Below are positions 51,942 through 64,000 of a stretch of DNA of 64,000 nucleotides, one piece after another. Position 1 is the stretch's first letter, and every line of letters starts with the position of its first letter. The notes beneath the pieces are model-generated. The model was given only the letters and a program-made list of their open reading frames with translations. It was not told the DNA's origin and ran no database searches. Source of the DNA: the human T2T-CHM13v2.0 reference genome, Homo sapiens; NCBI RefSeq assembly GCF_009914755.1, contig NC_060947.1. The stretch is one strand, 5' to 3'. The translations under genes and the position numbers were made by a program.

Positions 51942-54900
51942 GGCTTCTATATCGTTTTTAGGAGAAGATATTTCCTATTCCAACACAGTCCTCCAAGCCC
52001 GCTAAATATCCACTTGCACATTGTAGAAAAAGTGTGTCGAAGCTGCGCTATCAAAGGGAAAGTTCAACTCTGTGAGGTGAATGCAAACATCCCAAAGAAG
52101 TTTCTGAGAATGCTTCCGTTTAGCTTTTACCTGAAGATTATCCCGTTTCCAACGAAAGCTTCAAAGAGGTCCAAATATCCCCTTGCGGATCCCACAGAAA
52201 GAGTGTTTCGAAACTGCTGTTTCAAAAGGAATCTTCAACTCTGTGAGTTGAATGCAATCATCACAAAGAAGTTTCTGACAATGCTTCTCTCTCGTCTTTC
52301 TGTGAAGATAAAGGAAAAGGCTTTCAGGCCTTTTCCACCACAGGCCTGAAAGCGCTCCAAATGTCCACTTGCAGATTCTGCCAAAAGAATATTTCAAAAC
52401 TGCTCTATGAAAAGCAATGTTAAACTCTGCGGCTCGAACACAAACATCACAAAGCAGTTTCTGAGAATGCTTCAGTTTAGTTTTTCTGTGGAAATATTCC
52501 CGTTTCCAAAGAAATCTTCAAAGAGGTCCACGTATCCACTTACAGATTCTACAAAAAGACAGTTTCAAAACTGCTCAATCAAAAGGAGGGTTCAACTGTG
52601 TGACTTGAATGCAATCATCACTCAGAACTTTCTGAGAATGCTTCTCTTTAGTTTTTACGTGAACATATACCCGTTTCGAACGAAGGCCACCCAGTGGTCC
52701 AAATATCCACTTGCAGATTCTACAGAAAGAGTGTTTCGAACCTGAACTCTCAAAGGCAGGTTCATCTCTGCGAGTTAAATGCATTCGTCATGAAGAACTT
52801 TCTCAGCGTGTTTGTGTTTAGTTATGGGAAATTATTCCCGTTCCCAACGAAATCCTCAGAGAGGTCCAAATGTCCACCTGCAGATTCTACCAAAAGTGTA
52901 TTTGGAAACTGCTCCATCAACAGGCATGTTCAGCTCTGTGAGTGAAACTCCATCATCACAAAGAACATTCTGAGAATGCTTCCGTTTGCCTTTTATATGA
53001 AGTTCCTTCCTATACGACCGTAGGCCTCAAAGCAGTCCAAATCTCCATTTGCAGATTCTACAAAAAGAGTGATTCCAATCTGCTCTATCAATAGGATTGT
53101 TCAACTCCATGAGTTGAATGCCATCCTCACAAAGTCGTTTCTGAGAATGCTTCTATCTAGTTTTTATGTGAAGATATTTCCTTTTGCACCACAGGCCTCA
53201 AAGCCCTCCAAACGTCCACTTGCACATTCTCGAAAAAGACTGTTTCATAGCTGCTCTTTCAAAAGGAAAGTTCAACTCTGGGAGTTGAATACAAACATCA
53301 CAAAGTAATTTCCGAGAATGCTTCTGTTTAGTTCTTATGTGAAGATGATCCCGTTTCCAGTGAAATCTTCAAAGAGGTCCACATATCCCCTTGCAGATTC
53401 CAAAGAAAGAGGGTTTCAAAACTGCTCCATCAAAAGGATTGTTCAACTCTGTGAGTTGAATGCAGTCATCGCAGAAAACTTTCTGAGAATGCTTCTGTCT
53501 AGGTTTGATGTGAAGATATAGACGTTTCAAACGAAGGCTACAAAGTGGTCAAAATATACACTTGCAGATTCTACTACAAGGGTGTTGCAAACCTGAACTA
53601 TCAAAGGAAGGTTCAACTCTGTGGGTTGAATACAAACATCGCAAAGAATGCTCTGAGTTTGCTTCCGTTCAGTTATGGGAAGTTGATCCCCTTCCCAACG
53701 AAATCCTCAGAGAGGTCCAAATATCCCCTTGCAGATTCTACAAAACGTGTGTTTGGAAACTGCTCCATCATAACGAATGTTCAGCTCTCTGAGTTAAACT
53801 CCATCGTCACAAAGAATTTTCTGAGAGTGCTACCGTCTAGTTTTTATATGAAGTTCTTTCCTTTACTACCACGGGCCTCAAAGCGGTCCAAATCTCCACT
53901 TGCAGATTCTACAAAAAGAGTGTCTGCAAACTGCTCTATCAAAAGGAATGTTCAACTCTGGGAGTTGAATGCAATCATCACAGAGCAGTTTCTGAGAAGG
54001 CTTCTATGTCGTTTTTAGGAGAAGATATTTCCTTTTCCAACACAGTCCTCCAAGCCCGCTAAATATCCACTTGCACATTGTAGAAAAAGTGTGTCGAAGC
54101 TGCGCTATCAAAGGGAAAGTTCAACTCTGTGAGGTGAATGCAAACATCCCAAAGAAGTTTCTGAGAATGCTTCCGTTTAGCTTTTAGGTGAAGATTATCC
54201 CGTTTCCAACGAAAGCTTCAAAGAGGTCCAAATATCCCCTTGCGGATCCCACAGAAAGAGTGTTTCGAAACTGCTGTTTCAAAAGGAATCTTCAACTCTG
54301 TGAGTTGAATGCAATCATCACAAAGAAGTTTCTGACAATGCTTCTCTCTCGTCTTTCTGTGAAGATAAAGGAAAAGGCTTTCAGGCCTTTTCCACCACAG
54401 GCCTGAAAGCGCTCCAAATGTCCACTTGCAGATTCTGCCAAAAGAATATTTCAAAACTGCTCTATGAAAAGCAATGTTAAACTCTGCAGCTCGAACACAA
54501 ACATCACAAAGCAGTTTCTGAGAATGCTTCAGTTTAGTTTTTCTGTGGAAATATTCCCGTTTCCAAAGAAATCTTCAAAGAGGTCCACGTATCCACTTAC
54601 AGATTCTACAAAAAGACAGTTTCAAAACTGCTCAATCAAAAGGAGGGTTCAACTGTGTGACTTGAATGCAATCATCACTCAGAAGTTTCTGAGAATGCTT
54701 CTCTTTAGTTTTTACGTGAACATATACCCGTTTCGAACGATGGCCACCCAGTGGTCCAAATATCCACTTGCAGATTCTACAGAAAGAGTGTTTCGAACCT
54801 GAACTCTCAAAGGCAGGTTCATCTCTGCGAGTTAAATGCATTCGTCATGAAGAACTTTCTCAGCGTGTTTGTGTTTAGTTATGGGAAATTATTCCCGTTC

Positions 54901-57900
54901 CCAACGAAATCCTCAGAGAGGTCCAAATGTCCACCTGCAGATTCTACCAAAAGTGTATTTGGAAACTGCTCCATCAACAGGCATGTTCAGCTCTGTGAGT
55001 GAAACTCCATCATCACAAAGAACATTCTGAGAATGCTTCCGTTTGCCTTTTATATGAAGTTCCTTCCTATACGACCGTAGGCCTCAAAGCAGTCCAAATC
55101 TCCATTTGCAGATTCTACAAAAAGAGTGATTCCAATCTGCTCTATCAATAGGATTGTTCAACTCCATGAGTTGAATGCCATCCTCACAAAGTCGTTTCTG
55201 AGAATGCTTCTATCTAGTTTTTATGTGAAGATATTTCCTTTTCCACCACAGGCCTCAAAGCCCTCCAAACGTCCACTTGCACATTCTCGAAAAAGACTGT
55301 TTCATAGCTGCTCTTTCAAAAGGAAAGTTCAACTCTGGGAGTTGAATACAAACATCACAAAGTAGTTTCCGAGAATGCTTCTCTTTAGTTCTTATGTGAA
55401 GATGATCCCGTTTCCAGTGAAATCTTCAAAGAGGTCCACATATCCCCTTGCAGATTCCAAAGAAAGAGGGTTTCAAAACTGCTCCATCAAAAGGATTGTT
55501 CAACTCTGTGAGTTGAATGCAGTCATCACAGAAAACTTTCTGAGAATGCTTCTGTCTAGGTTTGATGTGAAGATATAGACGTTTCAAACGAAGGCTACAA
55601 AGTGGTCAAAATATACACTTGCAGATTCTACTACAAGGGTGTTGCAAACCTGAACTATCAAAGGAAGGTTCAACTCTGTGGGTTGAATACAAACATCGCA
55701 AAGAATGCTCTGAGTTTGCTTCCGTTCAGTTATGGGAAGTTGATCCCCTTCCCAACGAAATCCTCAGAGAGGTCCAAATATCCCCTTGCAGATTCTACAA
55801 AACGTGTGTTTGGAAACTGCTCCATCATAACGAATGTTCAGCTCTCTGAGTTAAACTCCATCGTCACAAAGAATTTTCTGAGAGTGCTACCGTCTAGTTT
55901 TTATATGAAGTTCTTTCCTTTACTACCACGGGCCTCAAAGCGGTCCAAATCTCCACTTGCAGATTCTACAAAAAGAGTGTCTGCAAACTGCTCTATCAAA
56001 AGGAATGTTCAACTCTGGGAGTTGAATGCAATCATCACAGAGCAGTTTCTGAGAAGGCTTCTATGTCGTTTTTAGGAGAAGATATTTCCTTTTCCAACAC
56101 AGTCCTCCAAGCCCGCTAAATATCCACTTGCACATTGTAGAAAAAGTGTGTCGAAGCTGCGCTATCAAACGGAAAGTTCAACTCTGTGAGGTGAATGCAA
56201 ACATCCCAAAGAAGTTTCTGAGAATGCTTCCGTTTAGCTTTTAGGTGAAGATTATCCCGTTTCCAACGAAAGCTTCAAAGAGGTCCAAATATCCCCTTGC
56301 GGATCCCACAGAAAGAGTGTTTCGAAACTGCTGTTTCAAAAGGAATGTTCAACTCTGTGAGTTGAATGCAATCATCACAAAGAAGTTTCTGACAATGCTT
56401 CTCTCTCGTCTTTCTGTGAAGATAAAGGAAAAGGCTTTCAGGCCTTTTCCACCACAGGCCTGAAAGCGCTCCAAATGTCCACTTGCAGATTCTGCCAAAA
56501 GAATATTTCAAAACTGCTCTATGAAAAGCAATCTTAAACTCTGCGGCTCGAACACAAACATCACAAAGCAGTTTCTGAGAATGCTTCAGTATAGTTTTTC
56601 TGTGGAAATATTCCCGTTTCCAAAGAAATCTTCAAAGAGGTCCACGTATCCACTTACAGATTCTACAAAAAGACAGTTTCAAAACTGCTCAATCAAAAGG
56701 AGGGTTCAACTGTGTGACTTGAATGCAATCATCACTCAGAAGTTTCTGAGAATGCTTCTCTTTAGTTTTTACGTGAACATATACCCGTTTCGAACGAAGG
56801 CCAACCAGTGGTCCAAATATCCACTTGCAGATTCTATAGAAAGAGTGTTTCGAACCTGAACTCTCAAAGGCAGGTTCATCTCTGCGAGTTAAATGCATTC
56901 GTCATGAAGAACTTTCTCAGCGTGTTTGTGTTTAGCTGTGGGAAATTATTCCCGTTCCCAACGAAATCCTCAGAGAGGTCCAAATGTCCACCTGCAGATT
57001 CTACCAAAAGTGTATTTGGAAACTGCTCCATCAAAAGGCGTGTTCAGCTCTGTGAGTGAAACTCCATCATCACAAAGAATATTCTGAGAATGCTTCCGTT
57101 TGCCTTTTATATGAAGTTCCTTCCTATACGACCGCAGGCCTCAAAGCAGTCCAAATCTCCATTTGCAGATTCTACAAAAAGAGTGATTCCAATCTGCTCT
57201 ATCAATAGGATTGTTCAACTCCATGAGTTGAATGCCATCCTCACAAAGTCGTTTCTCAGAATGCTTCTATCTAGTTTTTATGTGAAGATATTTCCTTTTC
57301 CACCACAGGCCTCAAAGCCCTCCAAACGTCCACTTGCAGATTCTCGAAAAAGAGTGTTTCATAGCTGCTCTTTCAAAAGGAAAGTTCAACTCTGGGAGTT
57401 GAATACAAACATCACAAAGTAGTTTCCGAGAATGCTTCTGTTTAGTTCTTATGTGAAGATGATCCCGTTTCCAGTGAAATCTTCAAAGAGGTCCACATAT
57501 CCCCTTGCAGATTCCAAAGAAAGAGGGTTTCAAAACTGCTCCATCAAAAGGATTGTTCAACTCTGTGAGTTGAATGCAGTCATCGCAGAAAAGTTTCTGA
57601 GAATGCTTCTGTCTAGGTTTGATGTGAAGATATAGACGTTTCAAACGAAGGCTACAAAGTGGTCAAAATATACACTTGCAGATTGTACTACAAGGGTGTT
57701 GCAAACCTGAACTATCAAAGGAAGGTTCAACTCTGTGGGTTGAATACAAACATCGCAAAGAATGTTCTGAGTTTGCTTCCGTTCAGTTATGGGAAGTTGA
57801 TCCCCTTCCCAACGAAATCCTCACAGAGGTCCAAATATCCCCTTGCAGATTCTACAAAACGTGTGTTTGGAAACTGCTCCATCATAACGAATGTTCAGCT

Positions 57901-60900
57901 CTCTGAGTTAAACTCCATCGTCACAAAGAATTTTCTGAGAGTGCTACCGTCTAGTTTTTATATGAAGTTCTTTCCTTTACTACCACAGGCCTCAAAGCGG
58001 TCCAAATCTCCACTTGCAGATTCTACAAAAAGAGTGTCTGCAAACTGCTCTATCAAAAGGAATGTTCAACTCTGGGAGTTGAATGCAATCATCACAGAGC
58101 AGTTTCTGAGAATGCTTCTATGTCGTTTTTAGGAGAAGATATTTCCTATTCCAACACAGTCCTCCAAGCCCGCTAAATATCCACTTGCACATTGTAGAAA
58201 AAGTGTGTCGAAGCTGCGCTATCAAAGGGAAAGTTCATCTCTGTGAGGTGAATGCAAACATCCCAAAGAAGTTTCTGAGAATGCTTCCGTTTAGCTTTTA
58301 CCTGAAGATTATCCCGTGTCCAACGAAAGCTTCAAAGAGGTCCAAATATCCCCTTGCGGATCCCACAGAAAGAGTGTTTCGAAACTGCTGTTTCAAAAGG
58401 AATCTTCAACTCTGTGAGTTGAATGCAATCATCACAAAGAAGTTTCTGACAATGCTTCTCTCTCGTCTTTCTGTGAAGATAAAGGAAAAGGCTTTCAGGC
58501 CTTTTCCACCACAGGCCTGAAAGCGCTCCAAATGTCCACTTGCAGATTCTGCCAAAAGAATATTTCAAAACTGCTCTATGAAAAGCAATGTTAAACTCTG
58601 CGGCTCGAACACAAACATCACAAAGCAGTTTCTGAGAATGCTTCAGTTTAGTTTTTCTGTGGAAATATTCCCGTTTCCAAAGAAATCTTCAAAGAGGTCC
58701 ACGTATCCACTTACAGATTCTACAAAAAGACAGTTTCAAAACTGCTCAATCAAAAGGAGGGTTCAACTGTGTGACTTGAATGCAATCATCACTCAGAAGT
58801 TTCTGAGAATGCTTCTCTTTAGTTTTTACGTGAACATATACCCGTTTCGAACGAAGGCCACCCAGTGGTCCAAATATCCACTTGCAGATTCTACAGAAAG
58901 AGTGTTTCGAACCTGAACTCTCAAAGGCAGGTTCATCTCTGCGAGTTAAATGCATTCGTCATGAAGAACTTTCTCAGCGTGTTTGTGTTTAGTTATGGGA
59001 AATTATTCCCGTTCCCAAAGAAATCCTCAGAGAGGTCCAAATGTCCACCTGCAGATTCTACCAAAAGTGTATTTGGAAACTGCTCCATCAACAGGCATGT
59101 TCAGCTCTGTGAGTGAAACTCCATCATCACAAAGAACATTCTGAGAATGCTTCCGTTTGCCTTTTATATGAAGTTCCTTCCTATACGACCGTAGGCCTCA
59201 AAGCAGTCCAAATCTCCATTTGCAGATTCTACAAAAAGAGTGATTCCAATCTGCTCTATCAATAGGATTGTTCAACTCCATGAGTTGAATGCCATCCTCA
59301 CAAAGTCGTTTCTGAGAATGCTTCTATCTAGTTTTTATGTGAAGATATTTCCTTTTCCACCACAGGCCTCAAAGCCCTCCAAACGTCCACTTGCACATTC
59401 TCGAAAAAGAGTGTTTCATAGCTGCTCTTTCAAAAGGAAAGTTCAACTCTGGGAGTTGAATACAAACATCACAAAGTAGTTTCCGAGAATGCTTCTGTTT
59501 AGTTCTTATGTGAAGATGATCCCGTTTCCAGTGAAATCTTCAAAGAGGTCCACATATCCCCTTGCAGATTCCAAAGAAAGAGGGTGTCAAAACTGCTCCA
59601 ACAAAAGGATTGTTCAACTCTGTGAGTTGAATGCAGTCATCGCAGAAAACTTTCTGAGAATGCTTCTGTCTAGGTTTGATGTGAAGATATAGACGTTTCA
59701 AACGAAGGCTACAAAGTGGTCAAAATATACACTTGCAGATTCTACTACAAGGGTGTTGCAAACCTGAACTATCAAAGGAAGGTTCAACTCTGTGGGTTGA
59801 ATACAAACATCGCAACGAATGCTCTGAGTTTGCTTCCGTTCAGTTATGGGAAGTTGATCCCCTTCCCAACGAAATCCTCAGAGAGGTCCAAATATCCCCT
59901 TGCAGATTCTTCAAAACGTGTGTTTGGAAACTGCTCCATCATAACGAATGTTCAGCTCTCTGAGTTAAACTCCATCGTCACAAAGAATTTTCTGAGAGTG
60001 CTACCGTCTAGTTTTTATATGAAGTTCTTTCCTTTACTACCACGGGCCTCAAAGCGGTCCAAATCTCCACTTGCAGATTCTACAAAAAGAGTGTCTGCAA
60101 ACTGCTCTATCAAAAGGAATGTTCAACTCTGGGAGTTGAATGCAATCATCACAGAGCAGTTTCTGAGAAGGCTTCTATGTCGTTTTTAGGAGAAGATATT
60201 TCCTTTTCCAACACAGTCCTCCAAGCCCGCTAAATATCCACTTGCACATTGTAGAAAAAGTGTGTCGAAGCTGCGCTATCAAAGGGAAAGTTCAACTCTG
60301 TGAGGTGAATGCAAACATCCCAAAGAAGTTTCTGAGAATGCTTCCGTTTAGCTTTTAGGTGAAGATTATCCCGTTTCCAACGAAAGCTTCAAAGAGGTCC
60401 AAATATCCCCTTGCGGATCGCACAGAAAGAGTGTTTCGAAACTGCTGTTTCAAAAGGAATCTTCAACTCTGTGAGTTGAATGCAATCATCACAAAGAAGT
60501 TTCTGACAATGCTTCTCTCTCGTCTTTCTGTGAAGATAAAGGAAAAGGCTTTCAGGCCTTTGCCACCACAGGCCTGAAAGCGCTCCAAATGTCCACTTGC
60601 AGATTCTGCCAAAAGAATATTTCAAAACTGCTCTATGAAAAGCAATGTTAAACTCTGCGGCTCGAACACAAACATCACAAAGCAGTTTCTGAGAATGCTT
60701 CAGTTTAGTTTTTCTGTGGAAATATTCCCGTTTCCAAAGAAATCTTCAAAGAGGTCCACGTATCCACTTACAGATTCTACAAAAAGACAGTTTCAAAACT
60801 GCTCAATCAAAAGGAGGGTTCAACTGTGTGACTTGAATGCAATCATCACTCAGAAGTTTCTGAGAATGCTTCTCTTTAGTTTTTACGTGAACATATACCC

Positions 60901-63900
60901 GTTTCGAACGAAGGCCACCCAGTGGTCCAAATATCCACTTGCAGATTCTACAGAAAGAGTGTTTCGAACCTGAACTCTCAAAGGCAGGTTCATCTCTGCG
61001 AGTTAAATGCATTCATCATGAAGAACTTTCTCAGAGTGTTTGTGTTTAGTTATGGGAAATTATTCCCGTTCCCAACGAAATCCTCAGAGAGGTCCAAATG
61101 TCCACCTGCAGATTCTACCAAAAGTGTATTTGGAAACTGCTCCATCAACAGGCATGTTCAGCTCTGTGAGTGAAACTCCATCATCACAAAGAATATTCTG
61201 AGAATGCTTCCGTTTGCCTTTTATATGAAGTTCCTTCCTATACGACCGTAGGCCTCAAAGCAGTCCAAATCTCCATTTGCAGATTCTACAAAAAGAGTGA
61301 TTCCAATCTGCTCTATCAATAGGATTGTTCAACTCCATGAGTTGAATGCCATCCTCACAAAGTCGTTTCTGAGAATGCTTCTATCTAGTTTTTATGTGAA
61401 GATATTTCCTTTTCCACCACAGGCCTCAAAGCCCTCCAAACGTCCACTTGCAGATTCTCGAAAAAGAGTGTTTCATAGCTGCTCTTTCAAAAGGAAAGTT
61501 CAACACTGGGAGTTGAATACAAACATCACAAAGTAGTTTCCGAGAATGCTTCTGTTTAGTTCTTATGTGAAGATGATCCCGTTTCCAGTGAAATCTTCAA
61601 AGAGGTCCACATATCCCCTTGCAGATTCCAAAGAAAGAGGGTTTCAAAACTGCTCCATCAAAAGGATTGTTCAACTCTGTGAGTTGAATGCAGTCATCAC
61701 AGAAAACTTTCTGAGAATGCTTCTGTCTAGGTTTGATGTGAAGATATAGACGTTTCAAACGAAGGCTACATAGTGGTCAAAATATACACTTGCAGATTCT
61801 ACTACAAGGGTGTTGCAAACCTGAACTATCAAAGGAAGGTTCAACTCTGTGAGTTGAATACAAACATCACAAAGAATGTTCTGAGTTTGCTTCCGTTCAG
61901 TTATGGGAAGTTGATCCCATTCCCAACGAAATCCTCAGAGAGGTCCAAATATCCCCTTGCAGATTCTACAAAACGTGTGTTTGGAAACTGCTCCATCATA
62001 ACGAATGTTCAGCTCTCTGAGTTAAACTCCATCGTCACAAAGAATTTTCTGAGAGTGCTACCGTCTAGTTTTTATATGAAGTTCTTTATTTTACTACCAC
62101 AGGCCTCAAAGCGGTCCAAATCTCCACTTGCAGATTCTACAAAAAGAGTGTCTGCAAACTGCTCTATCAAAAGGAATGTTCAACTCTGGGAGTTGAATGC
62201 AATCATCACAGAGCAGTTTCTGAGAATGCTTCTATGTCGTTTTTAGGAAAACATATTTCCTTTTCCAACACAGTCCTCCAAGCCCGCTAAATATCCACTT
62301 GCACATTGTAGAAAAAGTGTGTCAAAGCTGTGCTATCAAAAGGAAAGTTCAACTCTGTGAGGTGAATGCAAACATCCCAAAGAAGTTTCTGAGAATGCTT
62401 CCATTTAGCTTTTAGGTGAAGATTATCCCGTTTGCAACGAAATCTTCAAAGAGGTCCAAATATCCCCTTGCGGATCCCACAGAAACAGTGTTTCAAAACT
62501 GCTGTTGCAAAAGGAATCTTCAACTCTGTGAGTTGAATGCAATCATCACAAAGAAGTTTCTGACAATGCTTCTCTCTCGTCTTTCTGTGAAGATAAAGGA
62601 AAAGGCTTTCAGGCCTTTTCCACCACAGGCCTGAAAGCGCTCCAAATGTCCACTTGCAGATTCTGCCAAAAGAATATTTCAAAACTGCTCTATGAAAAGC
62701 AATGTTAAACTCTGCGGCTCGAACACAAACATCACAAAGCAGTTTCTGAGAATGCTTCAGTTTAGTTTTCTCTGGAAATATTCCCGTTTCCAAAGAAATC
62801 TTCAAAGAGGTCCGCGTATCCTCTTACAGATTCTACAAAAAGACAGTTTCAAAACTGCTCAATCAAAAGGAGGGTTCAACTGTGTGACTTGAATGCAATC
62901 ATCACTCAGAACTTTCTGAGAATGCTTCTCTTTAGTTTTTACGTGAACATATACCCGTTTCGAACGAAGGCCACCCAGTGGTCCAAATATCCACTTGCAG
63001 ATTCTACAGAAAGAGTGTTTCGAACCTGAACTCTCAAAGGCAGGTTCATCTCTGCGAGTTAAATGCATTCATCATGAAGAACTTTCTCAGAGTGTTTGTG
63101 TTTAGTTATGGGAAATTATTCCCGTTCCCAACGAAATCCTCAGAGAGGTCCAAATGTCCACCTGCAGATTCTACCAAAAGTGTATTTGGAAACTGCTCCA
63201 TCAACAGGCATGTTCAGCTCTGTGAGTGAAACTCCATCATCACAAAGAATATTCTGAGAATGCTTCCGTTTGCCTTTTATATGAAGTTCCTTCCTATACG
63301 ACCGTAGGCCTCAAAGCAGTCCAAATCTCCATTTGCAGATTCTACAAAAAGAGTGATTCCAATCTGCTCTATCAATAGGATTGTTCAACTCCATGAGTTG
63401 AATGCCATCCTCACAAAGTCGTTTCTGAGAATGCTTCTATCTAGTTTTTATGTGAAGATATTTCCTTTTCCACCACAGGCCTCAAAGCCCTCCAAACGTC
63501 CACTTGCAGATTCTCGAAAAAGAGTGTTTCATAGCTGCTCTTTCAAAAGGAAAGTTCAACACTGGGAGTTGAATACAAACATCACAAAGTAGTTTCCGAG
63601 AATGCTTCTGTTTAGTTCTTATGTGAAGATGATCCCGTTTCCAGTGAAATCTTCAAAGAGGTCCACATATCCCCTTGCAGATTCCAAAGAAAGAGGGTTT
63701 CAAAACTGCTCCATCAAAAGGATTGTTCAACTCTGTGAGTTGAATGCAGTCATCGCAGAAAACTTTCTGAGAATGCTTCTGTCTAGGTTTGATGTGAAGA
63801 TATAGACGTTTCAAACGAAGGCTACATAGTGGTCAAAATATACACTTGCAGATTCTACTACAAGGGTGTTGCAAACCTGAACTATCAAAGGAAGGTTCAA

Positions 63901-64000
63901 CTCTGTGAGTTGAATACAAACATCACAAAGAATGTTCTGAGTTTGCTTCCGTTCAGTTATGGGAAGTTGATCCCGTTCCCAACGAAATCCTCAGAGAGGT
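51942..64000. repeat. 14,398-bp tandem duplication, copy 2 (truncated by window end)
   Basis: Reproduces the private variants of 37544-49602 in order: CTATATCG, CTGCAGCTCG, CGATGGCC, GCAATCTTAA, GACCGCAGG, CCCGTGTCC, GGGTGTCAAA, GGATCGCAC, TGTTGCAAAAGG. Confidence 0.92.

Larger units (their letters stand above)
1..64000 (-). repeat. DXZ1: Centromeric alpha-satellite HOR array, DXZ1-type (human X centromere, SF3), ~31 copies of a 2,057-bp 12-mer; continues beyond both window ends
   Basis: ~171-bp monomers with alpha-satellite motifs (TTTCTGAGAATGCTT, CAACTCTGTGAGTTGAAT, CCACTTGCAGATTCTAC). Near-identical ORFs recur every 2,057 bp (2153, 4210, 6267, 8324...). One GGATCC per unit (795, 6966...). 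CENP-B boxes read on the minus strand. The X assignment rests on the known 2.0-kb BamHI 12-mer of DXZ1. Confidence 0.96.

Noticed and set aside
69-63805. Hundreds of 60-195-aa ORFs repeating every 2,057 bp
   Set aside because: They are translations of satellite monomers. The same pseudo-motifs appear in shifting frames, many start at GTG/TTG, they are freely broken or fused by indels, and no protein family is recognisable.
1-64000. CRISPR-like periodicity of conserved motifs
   Set aside because: Intervening sequence is homologous between monomers rather than unique spacers; the period is ~171 bp and there are no cas genes.
1-64000. L1/Alu insertion, inversion or whole-monomer-deletion HOR variants
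   Set aside because: HOR anchor spacing is always 2,057, 2,056, 2,054 or 2,030 bp in one orientation; no poly(A) tail or non-alphoid segment was seen.

Overview
The whole window is one uninterrupted, single-orientation array of primate centromeric alpha satellite. It consists of ~31 head-to-tail copies of a 2,057-bp higher-order repeat (HOR) of 12 monomers (167/171/171/169/186/171/171/167/171/171/171/171 bp). Unit length, 12-mer structure, one BamHI site per unit and a pentamer-derived BBBAA-BA-BBBAA box order match DXZ1, the human X-chromosome centromeric array (suprachromosomal family 3). There are no genes, transposon insertions or inversions; the ORF track only translates the satellite. 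HOR numbering used below starts at the GTGGTCAAAATATAC motif: H1=96, H2=2153, H3=4210, H5=8324, H7=12435, H9=16549, H10=18606, H12=22719, H16=30946, H17=32976, H19=37090, H23=45318, H24=47375, H26=51488, H31=61773. The interesting signal is in the variants. (1) A near-perfect 14,398-bp (7-HOR) tandem duplication has its junction at 51852-51941. (2) A 5.2-kb block recurs at +28,769 and +43,167 bp, suggesting a nested 14-HOR duplication. (3) There is an A/B alternation of HOR haplotypes. (4) An 18-nt insertion in the 186-bp monomer is built from reverse complements of its own flank and can form two competing hairpins; a 27-bp deletion breaks within one arm. (5) Both W3-type CENP-B boxes carry the same core-breaking substitution array-wide, so only ~2 of 7 boxes per HOR match the binding core. 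All comparisons were made by eye, not by alignment software. I see no novel gene system here.
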